A DNA stretch of 64,000 nucleotides, taken from contig OZ244720.1 in the NCBI GenBank assembly GCA_965219085.1, positions 2,368,001 to 2,432,000 on the forward strand. The letters run 5' to 3'. The position numbers and the translations under genes were made by a program. The notes below the pieces were generated by a model that made no database searches, was not told the DNA's origin, and saw only the letters and a program-made list of their open reading frames with translations. The stretch's first letter is position 1. The number at the start of each line of letters is the position of its first letter. This stretch comes from Dehalococcoidia bacterium (lineage in GTDB: Bacteria; Chloroflexota; Dehalococcoidia; UBA2979). Of this stretch, positions 55,663 to 64,000 are shown in pieces.

Positions 55663-56902
55663 CGCACGAGGCGGGCCTCGCGCCGGTGCTGATGGTCGTC
55701 GGGACGGCGTCCTCGGTCGGCAAGTCGGTGGTCGTGGCGGCGCTGTGCCGCATCTTCCGGCAGGACGGCGTGCGCGTCGCGCCGTTCAAGGCGCAGAACA
55801 TGTCCAACAACGCCGCCGTCACCGCCGATGGCCTCGAGATCGGTCGCGTGCACGCCGAGCAGGCGGCGGCTGCCGGCCTCGAACCGCACGTCGACATGAA
55901 CCCGGTGCTCAAGCCGCAGGGCGACCGCACCTCGCAGCTCGTGCTGCGCGGCCGCCCCGCGGGGCTGCTGCACAGCCGCGACTTCGTCGACCGCAAGCGC
56001 GACCTCTGGCCCGACGCCGCCGAGGCCCTCGACCCGCTGCGCGCGCGCTTCGACCTCGTCGTCGCCGAGGGGGCGGGGAGCCCCGCCGAGTCGAACCTGC
56101 GCGCGGGCGACATCACCAACATGCGCGTCGCGACGCCACGGACGGGACCGGCGAGGCAGCCGAGGTTGACGTGGCGGTGGTGCGGCTGCCGCGGATCGCG
56201 AACTTCGACGACTTCGGTCCACTGGCGCGAGAGCCCGGCGTGCACGTTCGCTGGGTGCGGGACACCGCCGAGTTCGGCCGCCCCGACCTCGCCGTGCTGC
56301 CGGGCACGAAATCGACCGCTGCCGACCTCGAATGGCTGCGCGGGCAGGGCCTCGACGGGGCGATCGGGGCGCACGCTGCGGCCGGTGGCGCGGTGCTCGG
56401 CATCTGCGGCGGCTCCCAGATGCTCGGTGCGCGGCTCGTCGACGGGGAGGGCGTCGAGGCGGCGCCAGGCACGTCGATGCCCGGGCTCGGACTGCTGCCC
56501 GTCGAGACGCGCTTCGTCGCGACCAAGACGACACGGCAAGCATCAGGCGATGTGCGGGCGGCTGCCGGGCCGTGGGCCGGTGCGACGGGTCTGCCCGTGA
56601 CCGGGTACGAGATCCACATGGGCCAGCACGCCGGGGAAGGCGAGGCGCGCCCGCTGCTCAGCCTCGACGGCCGGCCGGACGGCGCCGTGTCACCCGACGG
56701 CCGCATCGCCGGCACGTACCTCCACGGGCTGCTGCACAACGACGGTGTGCGCGCCGCGCTGCTGCGCGCCCTCGGCCGTCGCGAGGGGGCCACCGAGGCC
56801 GTCGCGTTCGCCGAGCGGCGCGGGGCGGCGTTCGACCGGCTCGCAGCGGTCGTGCGGGAGCACCTCGACATAGCGTGCGTCGAGGCGCTGGCCGGAGGCT
56901 AG
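55659..56902 (+). pseudogene. cobQ: cobyric acid synthase with internal deletion and frameshift at ~56131
   Basis: [25 protein letters not shown] then a direct jump to the GATase half ([26 protein letters not shown]) in another frame. Confidence 0.85.
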
Positions 56903-57046
56903 GTCGTGTTTACATTCGCCGGAGGAACACGGCCACAACCGGGTTATGGGTTCGTAGCCGAGATGGGTCTCGGCCCTTGTCCCCTCAATGCCACCGGCAT
57001 CCTGATTGGGATCCTGCTGACGGTGGTGCTCCGTCGCGGAGCGCTT

Positions 57047-57400
57047 CTACCCGAAGATCCTTGTCCACAGGTCCGGCAGTAGGTCGATGCGGGCTGCCCA
57101 CGATCCCGCTATGAGCCCGAAGACGAACCCGGTCAGGTGGTCTCCAAGGTCTCGACCGGGGGTATCACCGCGGCGAATGAACTCCACTGTCTGGCGGAGT
57201 CCAACCATCGCGGACAGTCCCGCGAATGGGATGACGAGCACGGCCTCTCCGGTCGCAAGGGGAGCCACGATCATCCCGAAGGCCGCGACGAATCCCGTCC
57301 CGCCGTGCAGTAGGTAGGCCCACCACCACTCCCTGAGACTTCGACCCGGTAGGTCGGTCGAAGTCCCGAACGTGAGAACTACTCGCTGCTCATCGGACAT
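57047..57400 (-). CDS. hypothetical membrane protein in a lower-GC patch
   Basis: 117 aa, about 3 hydrophobic segments, AAGGGG RBS, atypical codon usage. Confidence 0.5.
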   Translation of the reverse strand: MSDEQRVVLTFGTSTDLPGRSLREWWWAYLLHGGTGFVAAFGMIVAPLATGEAVLVIPFAGLSAMVGLRQTVEFIRRGDTPGRDLGDHLTGFVFGLIAGSWAARIDLLPDLWTRIFG

Positions 57401-57780
57401 GCGTCTATCCCCTTTATCAGCACCAGCTGTCAGCGTAGCACAAGTGTCCGGAAGCTTCTGGTGCCGGGGGTTGTGTTGAACCCCCGACCTGTGCCCGCCT
57501 ATGTTCCATCCAGTCACAGATGGGAAGGCATGCGAGGCACAGGTAGAGGGCCGTGGGATGATCTAGTACAACTCGCCCGCAGTGTCTCGGCTACCGCCCG
57601 GGAGGGCCGCTACGACCGCCCTGCCACCCACCACGGAGTTCTCGCTCGCGCTGGGTGAGTCACTACCTGAGGGAGTGGAACGCGTCGCGGCGATGCACGA
57701 GGGACTAGGCGTCCTTGTCCTGCGCTCCCGGTCGGGGAGTTGCTCAGGCTGACGTCCCGAGGTCAGGCACGTCGAGGCCG

Positions 57781-60309
57781 TTACGGGATGTCCGGGTCGT
57801 ACTCCGTGCCGATGTGGCCGCGCTCCTCGAAGCCCCGGTACTCGGCGTCCGAGTAGCCCATGACTTCCTTGTAGACGTACTCGTTGTCCTGTCCGAGGTG
57901 CGGCGCGTGCCGCGTGACGCGCTGCGGCGACTTGCTCGCCTGCCACGCGCGCCCGACCTGGCGCTGGATGCCGGTCTCCGAGTTCTCGATGGTCTGGAAG
58001 AAGTCGCGCGCCGAGTGCTGGCGGTCGGCGTACGCATCGGCCTCGGTCATCACCACGCCCGCCGGAATCCCGACGCCCTGCAGGCGGTGCATGATCCAGT
58101 ACGGGTCGAGGGGTCGCGTCCACGCCGCGATGATCGCGTCGAGCTCCGCGCGGTTGGCGTGGCGGTCCGCCATCGTCGCGAAGCGCGGGTCGTCGGCGAG
58201 CTCCGGCATGCGCATCGAGTCGCACAGCGCGCGCCACTCACGCTCGTCGCGGACGGCGATGGTGACCCAGCGGTCCTCGCCGTGGACCGGGTAGACGTTG
58301 TGCGGGGCGAGGAAGAAGTGGCTGTTCGCCATGTACTCCCACTGCCGGCCGTTCATCGAGTAGTCCATGATGAACTCGCCGATGTAGCCGACGAAGTTCT
58401 CGGCGGTGGCGAGTTCGATCATCAGCCCCTTGCCCGTCTGCTCGCGGTAGCGCAGCCCGTTCATGAACGCGAACGCGGAGCCGACGCCCGAGGCGGCATC
58501 GGACGGCACGCCGCTCGGCGCGCGCTCGATGCTGTAGCCGGGGTAGGCGCGAATCACGGGGTGCCCGCAGAGCGCCTCCATGTGGTTGCCGAAGGTGCGG
58601 TAGCGCTGGTACGGACCCGTGATGCCGAAGCCCGGCGCGCGCACCATGATGATCCGCGGGTTCACGCTCGATAGGCGCTCCCACGTGATGTTGTTGCGCG
58701 CGACGTTCGGGGGCAGGTTGTTCTCGATCAGCCCGTCGGAGACCGCGATCAGGCGGTCGAGGATCTCCTGGCCCTCGGGTGAGGCGTAGTCGAAGGTGAC
58801 CGACTTCTTGTTGCGGGCGTGGTGGGTGAAGCCGCCCCAGCGGTTCCATGGCCGCTCGCCCGGCTCGTTGTTGGGGTAGGTAATGTTGGTCGCGCTCATG
58901 GCCTGCACCATCTCCAGCGGCGGCCGCACGAGGAACCCTCGGGACGTCGAGGGCGCGAACTGGGTCGACTCGACGCGGATCACCTCGGCGCCCCACTCGG
59001 CGAGGTGCATCGTCGAGTACGGACCCGCCCACACCACCGTGAAGTCGATGACGCGCAGGCCCTCGAGGGGCAGCCGCCCGGTGGTCGGCGTGAGCGTCGG
59101 CGTGGGCTCCGAGTTCGAGCGGACGACCGGCGCACGTCGGGCAGGCGCCGCGTCGAGCACCTCCTGCGTGTGCGCGCCGAGGAGCGGGGCGTGCCGCCGC
59201 TCCGGCATCGGGCCTTCTTCGCGGTGCAGCGTGAAGTGGTAGCCGGGGTAGGTGAGCGGGCCGGTCTCCGGGTGGTCGATGGTGTGGAAGAACTCCCGCT
59301 CGACGAAGCTCGGATCCTTGAGCAGGTCCTCGATCGTGTTGATGGGGCCGGCGAGGACCCCGAAGTCCTCGCACGCCTGGCGCAGCTCCGCCTTGGTGCG
59401 CTCCAGCGTCCACGGCAGGAGGTGGACGGTGAACTCCTCGACGCGCTCGGGCGCGGAGCGCGCGGCGACGGTGGACCAGTCAGGGTGCTCGAGGAGGTCC
59501 TCGCGGCCGATCATGCGCATCACGCCGGGCAGGCGTGAGGGGCCCGAGCTGATGATGAAGAACCCGTCGACGCACGGGAACACGCCGGAGCCCACCTGCG
59601 AGACCACGCCCGCCCGTCCGGCGATGTGCCCCGTGTACTGGTGCCCCATGAGCTGCGCGAGCCGCGCGTCAATCGAGTGCGTCGCCGTCTCGAAGAGCGC
59701 GAGGTCGACGTGCTCGCCCTCGCCGCGCTCCTTCGAGCCGTGCAGCGCGACCATCGTCGCGAGCGCGCCGACGAAGCCGCCGTGGTAGCCGGTCATGCGG
59801 CCAGCGGTCTTCACCGGCTCCAGCTCGGCGTCCCCGGCAGTCTGGAGGTTGCCGCCCATGCCGAAGATCGTGAGGTCCGTCGCCTCGTAGTCGCGGTACG
59901 GGCCGTCCTGCCCGAAGTTCGTCAGTGAGGTCAGCACCACCATCGGGTTGACCTCGCTCAGCACGTCGTAGCCGATGCCGAGCCGTTCGAGGGTGCCCGG
60001 CTTAAAGTTCTCGATGACCGAGTCGGCGTCCTGCACGAGCCGCAGCAGGTCCTCGCGGCCCCCGTCGGTCTTGAGGTCGAGCACGACGCTGCGCTTGTTG
60101 GTGTTGAGGAACAGGAACAGGCCGGACCGCTCCGGGCCGGGCTCGTCCTGGTAGAACGGCGGGATGTGGCGTGACGGGTCGCCGTCCGGCGGCTCGATCT
60201 TGACCACGTCGGCGCCGTAGTCGCCGAGCAGCCGCGTGCAGAACGGTCCGACCGTTCCCCGCGTCAGGTCAATCACGCGCATCCCGTCGAGCGGCATCGT
60301 TCCGGTCAT
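57781..60309 (-). CDS. tandem two-domain CaiB/BaiF CoA-transferase
   Basis: Two PL.G.RVID...GA.V starts; NTNKRS and ARNKKS; AP.LG.. tails. Confidence 0.92.
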   Translation of the reverse strand: MTGTMPLDGMRVIDLTRGTVGPFCTRLLGDYGADVVKIEPPDGDPSRHIPPFYQDEPGPERSGLFLFLNTNKRSVVLDLKTDGGREDLLRLVQDADSVIENFKPGTLERLGIGYDVLSEVNPMVVLTSLTNFGQDGPYRDYEATDLTIFGMGGNLQTAGDAELEPVKTAGRMTGYHGGFVGALATMVALHGSKERGEGEHVDLALFETATHSIDARLAQLMGHQYTGHIAGRAGVVSQVGSGVFPCVDGFFIISSGPSRLPGVMRMIGREDLLEHPDWSTVAARSAPERVEEFTVHLLPWTLERTKAELRQACEDFGVLAGPINTIEDLLKDPSFVEREFFHTIDHPETGPLTYPGYHFTLHREEGPMPERRHAPLLGAHTQEVLDAAPARRAPVVRSNSEPTPTLTPTTGRLPLEGLRVIDFTVVWAGPYSTMHLAEWGAEVIRVESTQFAPSTSRGFLVRPPLEMVQAMSATNITYPNNEPGERPWNRWGGFTHHARNKKSVTFDYASPEGQEILDRLIAVSDGLIENNLPPNVARNNITWERLSSVNPRIIMVRAPGFGITGPYQRYRTFGNHMEALCGHPVIRAYPGYSIERAPSGVPSDAASGVGSAFAFMNGLRYREQTGKGLMIELATAENFVGYIGEFIMDYSMNGRQWEYMANSHFFLAPHNVYPVHGEDRWVTIAVRDEREWRALCDSMRMPELADDPRFATMADRHANRAELDAIIAAWTRPLDPYWIMHRLQGVGIPAGVVMTEADAYADRQHSARDFFQTIENSETGIQRQVGRAWQASKSPQRVTRHAPHLGQDNEYVYKEVMGYSDAEYRGFEERGHIGTEYDPDIP

Positions 60310-60400
60310 CGCTGTACCTCGTCCTGTGTTCGCGCCCCGCACTGCCGTGCGGCGCGATGATACAGGCGAAGCCACCGCGCGCGGCGCGTAGAATCGGTTG

Positions 60401-61915
60401 ATGGCATCCAGCGCGTCCGCAGCGCAGCCCCGCGTCTTCTACGGCTGGTACATGGTCGGCGGCGGAGTCATCGGCTCCTTCGTCGCCGTGGGCGCCGGCT
60501 TCGCCTCGATGAGCGTCTTCCTGACCCCGGTCACCGAGGACCTCGGGTGGACCGTCGCGGCGTTCACGATTGCGACGGCGGGGGCGAACGCCGTCAACGG
60601 GATGTCCGGCATCATCGTCGGACCGCTCGTCGACCGCCACGGCCCCAGGGTGCTCATGGTGTTCGGGGCGTGCGCCCTCTCCGCGGCCATGTACATGACC
60701 TCGCACGTCACGGAGCTGTGGCAGTTCATCCTGTTACAGGCGTTCGGCGCCGGCCTCGGGCTCTCGCTGGTCGGGCCGCTCGTGGTCAACATCGCGCTCT
60801 CGAAGTGGTTCGTGATCGGGCGCGGGTGGGCGATCGCACTCGGCTCCACCGGCATCTCGTTCGCCGGGATGTTCGTGCCGTTCGCGATGACCCGCGTCGT
60901 CGACTCGCTCGGTTGGCGCGACGGCTACGTGATCCTCTCGATCGTCGTGCTCGCGCTCGCGCTGCCGACTGCCTTCATCATGCGCCGCCAGCCGGAGGAC
61001 TACGGCCTGCTGCCGGACGGGCACCGCGAGGACGGCGTCGGCGTCTCGCTGGCCGACACCGAGACGCTGCACCTCGACCGCCTCAACTCGTACACGCGCC
61101 GCGAGGCGCTGCGCACCAAGCCGATCTACTTGCTGACGCTGTCGTTCGCGTGCTTCGGAGCGGCGGCTACCGCACTGCTCATCCACGGCATCCCGTTCGT
61201 GACCGAGGCCGGATTCACGCGCACCGAGGCCGCCCTGGCGGTCGGCGTCGCGGGCGTCGGGAACCTCGCCGCGAAGATCCTGTGGGGGTGGGCGCTCGGC
61301 CGCTGGCACCCGCGCTACCTGTGGGCCACGTGCTTCGGGCTGCTGTGCATCGGCACGGCGCTGCAGCTCACCGCCGATGCGATGAACACGCTGCCGCTGA
61401 TGCACGTCGCGTTCTTCCTGTGGGGGCTCGGCTTCGGCGGCGGGGTGCCCCTCGGCGAGTTCATCTGGGCGAAGTACTACGGCCGGGTACACATCGGCGC
61501 GGTGCGCAGCGTGGGAATGCCGGCCGGCATCCTGTTCGGCGCGCTCGGGCCGATCAGCGCCTCGCTGCTGTTCGACGCGAGCGGCACGTACGTCTCGGCG
61601 TGGATCCTGATGATCGCCGTCTACTGCGTCGGGGCGGCCTCGGTGCTGATCTCGCGCGAGCCGGCGCAGAAGGTCACCGCCGCCCAACTCGCCGCGATGC
61701 CCTCGACCCCGCCCGCGCGGGCGGCCGCAGCCGTACCAGCGTCGCCCATCGCAACTGCTGTCCCTGCGGCCGCCACGATGCCGGTCGCGATCCTCACCCA
61801 CGACGGCCTCGGCTTGCTGGACGGGAACCTCGACGGCGTCGACGGCGTCGACGGCGTCGATGGAGCGTCAGCCGTCAGCGCGGCTGCGGCGCCGGTCCAG
61901 AGCGCTGCGCGGTGA
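60401..61915 (+). CDS. MFS transporter
   Basis: FYGWYMV, GPLVDRHGPR, KWF...RGWA; about 12 TM helices; TAGAAT just upstream suggests a leaderless start. Confidence 0.9.
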   Translation: MASSASAAQPRVFYGWYMVGGGVIGSFVAVGAGFASMSVFLTPVTEDLGWTVAAFTIATAGANAVNGMSGIIVGPLVDRHGPRVLMVFGACALSAAMYMTSHVTELWQFILLQAFGAGLGLSLVGPLVVNIALSKWFVIGRGWAIALGSTGISFAGMFVPFAMTRVVDSLGWRDGYVILSIVVLALALPTAFIMRRQPEDYGLLPDGHREDGVGVSLADTETLHLDRLNSYTRREALRTKPIYLLTLSFACFGAAATALLIHGIPFVTEAGFTRTEAALAVGVAGVGNLAAKILWGWALGRWHPRYLWATCFGLLCIGTALQLTADAMNTLPLMHVAFFLWGLGFGGGVPLGEFIWAKYYGRVHIGAVRSVGMPAGILFGALGPISASLLFDASGTYVSAWILMIAVYCVGAASVLISREPAQKVTAAQLAAMPSTPPARAAAAVPASPIATAVPAAATMPVAILTHDGLGLLDGNLDGVDGVDGVDGASAVSAAAAPVQSAAR

Positions 61916-61931
61916 CTGCGCGGAAGGCGCC

Positions 61932-63016
61932 GTGTCCGGGCGACTCCTTGTAGCACTGACGCTGGCCGTGGCCGCCCTCGCAGCCGCGGCGTGCGAGCGC
62001 GGCGGCGAGCCGCCGGCGCCCACGCCTACGGCGACAACGCAGTTCGACGTGACGGCTACAGCCGAGCCGACGGCAACACCTACCGCGACCGCCGAGCCGA
62101 CGCCGACCGTGACGCCTTCGCCGACACCAACTGTCGCGCCTTCGCCTGCAGCCACGCCGACCGCTTCACGTAAACCAACGGCCACACCCACGCCGGTGCC
62201 GACGCCTGCCGCGACGCCCACACCGAAGCCGACTCCCGCGCCCAAGCCGACACCGCCTGCCTCGCAGTGCCCCGAGCCGTCGACGCCGGTGGCCGTGGAG
62301 CCCGTGGCGACCGGGGCGCGCGAGGTGGCAACGCCGTCCGGTCGCTGGCAGCCCGCGATCCGCGAGATCGTGACCGACCACGAGGCCCTCGGCCGCGTGT
62401 ACTTCGAGCGCGACGACGCGATGGAACTGGAGCTCTGCGACGCGTTCGGCCTGTTCTTCCTGGATGTCGAGACAGGCGGCGTCGAGGGGTGGACGTGGGA
62501 CGCTCCCATCCTCCCTTCGCCCGGCAACCGGTTCGTGTACTTCTCGTCCGACGTGACCCCCGTGTTGTACGACCGGATGACCGAACGGTCGTACACGTGG
62601 GACGCGGGAGAGGTTTCGCTGGTTCCCGAGCGCCCCGAGCTACAGGCGGGGCACTGGCGCTCGCGTACCTTCACCGATGGCCTGCTGGGATGGAATACAG
62701 GTCAAGACGAGCGCCTCGTGTTCCGCAGCGGCACTCGCTACGCAGTCGTCAATGCCTCGCTCGGGGCGGACGCGTGGTTCGAGCTCGACGATGCTGCAGC
62801 GCCACTCAGGTGGTGGGTTCACCCGGACGGCACACACCTCCTGATGCGTTCCGTGACTGATGAGGAGTCCGAAGCGCGGCTCCACGCGATCGACCTGTCA
62901 GACGGGAGTCGAGCGACGGTTCGGGTTCCCGTGCCGTACGCCTACGCTCTGTATTCGCAGGTCCGCGTTTCCCGGTCAAGGGTCACGACGCTTTCCTTCC
63001 GCGAGGGCGGTACCTC
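61932..63016 (+). pseudogene. Pro/Thr-linker lipoprotein with beta-rich domain, truncated by IS insertion
   Basis: Lipobox AAAAC, PT-rich linker; the reading frame runs into the IS terminus at 63017. Confidence 0.7.
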
Positions 63017-63045
63017 TGACCGGACCCCCTTCGCGAGTCCACCGC

Positions 63046-63912
63046 TTATGAGAGTCCAGCGTGTAGCTGAGTCTCCCAGCGCTCGGCGTAGGCAGCCGGG
63101 GCGAGCCAGCCCAGGCTGCTATGCGGGCGCTTCGTGTTGTACTCGATCCGCCAGTCCTCGAGCAGCATCTGCGCCTCGAGCAGGCTGTCGAACTGCTCGA
63201 CCGCCAGGAACTCGTCGCGCAGCCGGCCGTTGAACGACTCGGCGTACGGGTTCTCCCACGGCGCGCCGGGCTCGATGTAGCTGCTGCCCGTGCCGGAGAA
63301 CCGGCACCAGTCGCGCAGCGCGTTGGCCGTGAGCTCGGGCCCATTGTCGCAACGGATGTACCCAGGCGCCGTCCCGCGCCGGGCGACGATCCCCTCGAGC
63401 GTTGAGGCCGTGGCGTCGGCGTTGATGCGCCTGGCGGCCACGATCGCCAGCGCCTCCCGTGTGTGCTCGTCGACGATGTTGAGCAGCTTCAGGACCCGCC
63501 CGTCCGCGGTCTGGTCGAACTGGAAGTCCAGCGCCCAGACGTGGTTCGGCCGCTCAGCGCGCAGCCTGGCGGCGGGCACCGCCGAGTCCCCCAGGCGCTG
63601 ACGCTTGCGCCGTTTCACCGGGACGCGCAGCCCTTCTTCACGCCAGAGCCGTTGCACCCGCTTGCGATTCACGCCCCATCCCTCCTCGCGTAAGGTCGCC
63701 CAGGCCCGGCGGTACCCCCAGCGGGGGTGGCCACGCGAGAAGGCGTGGAGTTCCGCGCGCAGCGCGTCGTCGCCGCGGCCGCGCGTCGGGAGGCGGCGCT
63801 GTGTGGAGCGGTGCTGGCCGGTGACCCGGCATGCCCGCCGTTCCGACAACTCGAGGCGGTCCTGCAACATGCAGACTGCCTCGCGCCGGCGCGACGGGCT
63901 TACCAGTTTCCC
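63046..63912 (-). CDS. IS3 OrfB DDE transposase (expressed as OrfAB by -1 frameshift)
   Basis: WGYRR, NRKRVQRL, WALDF, CDNGPE, PWENPYAESFNGRLRDE, RPHSSLG. Confidence 0.93.
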   Translation of the reverse strand, partial: GKLVSPSRRREAVCMLQDRLELSERRACRVTGQHRSTQRRLPTRGRGDDALRAELHAFSRGHPRWGYRRAWATLREEGWGVNRKRVQRLWREEGLRVPVKRRKRQRLGDSAVPAARLRAERPNHVWALDFQFDQTADGRVLKLLNIVDEHTREALAIVAARRINADATASTLEGIVARRGTAPGYIRCDNGPELTANALRDWCRFSGTGSSYIEPGAPWENPYAESFNGRLRDEFLAVEQFDSLLEAQMLLEDWRIEYNTKRPHSSLGWLAPAAYAERWETQLHAGLS

Positions 63913-64000
63913 CGGGCGATCTCCTTGAGCGCGTCGATCTCGAGTTCCTTGTCGGCGACGATCCGCTTCAGCCGGACGTTCTCGCGCTCCAGCTCGCGCA
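63900..64000 (-). CDS. IS3 OrfA C-terminus (partial)
   Basis: ...ELERENVRLKRIVADKELEIDALKEIARGNW*; leucine-zipper pattern. Confidence 0.88.
   Translation of the reverse strand, partial: RELERENVRLKRIVADKELEIDALKEIARGNW

Larger units (their letters stand above)
63017..64000 (-). mobile_element. IS3-family insertion sequence (IS407-like), other end outside window
   Basis: Terminal TGACCGGACCCCC... at 63017; orfA/orfB arrangement with a -1 slippery site. Confidence 0.9.

Noticed and set aside
61832-61864. GACGGCGTC x3 microrepeat in the MFS tail
   Set aside because: Short in-frame low-complexity repeat in a disordered tail; no sign of function.

Overview
High-GC (roughly 70% by eye) bacterial chromosomal window. 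Gene content suggests Chloroflexota/Dehalococcoidia (SAR202-like, probably a MAG); this is inference from the GAAC-N4-GTTC-type SOS boxes, the extended GreA, many Pro/Thr-linker lipoproteins and paralogous acyl-CoA dehydrogenases/CoA-transferases. It contains: a ccmABCD-ctaA-ctaB heme operon; housekeeping genes (rsmG, leuS, coaD, rsmD, greA-lysS, serS, HU); tRNA-Ala(GGC) and a CAU tRNA (probably Ile2); an acyl-CoA/steroid-type catabolic cluster; a cobalamin-riboswitch-controlled uptake/salvage operon whose cbiB and cobQ are broken; and an IS3-family (IS407-like) element that truncates a lipoprotein gene at the right edge. The most unusual region is 27.4-30.8 kb. A near-consensus sigma70 promoter overlaid by three LexA-type boxes drives an unannotated 59-aa membrane protein and probably a DinB-family gene. 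Next to it is a divergent pair of near-identical 7Fe ferredoxin domains, one fused via two TM helices to a PD-(D/E)xK-like domain and the other to a CxxC-CxxC zinc ribbon. Also notable are two atypical GreA paralogues: one is fused to a tyrosine-recombinase core-binding-like domain, and the other lacks the catalytic acidic tip. No CRISPR array or rRNA was seen.
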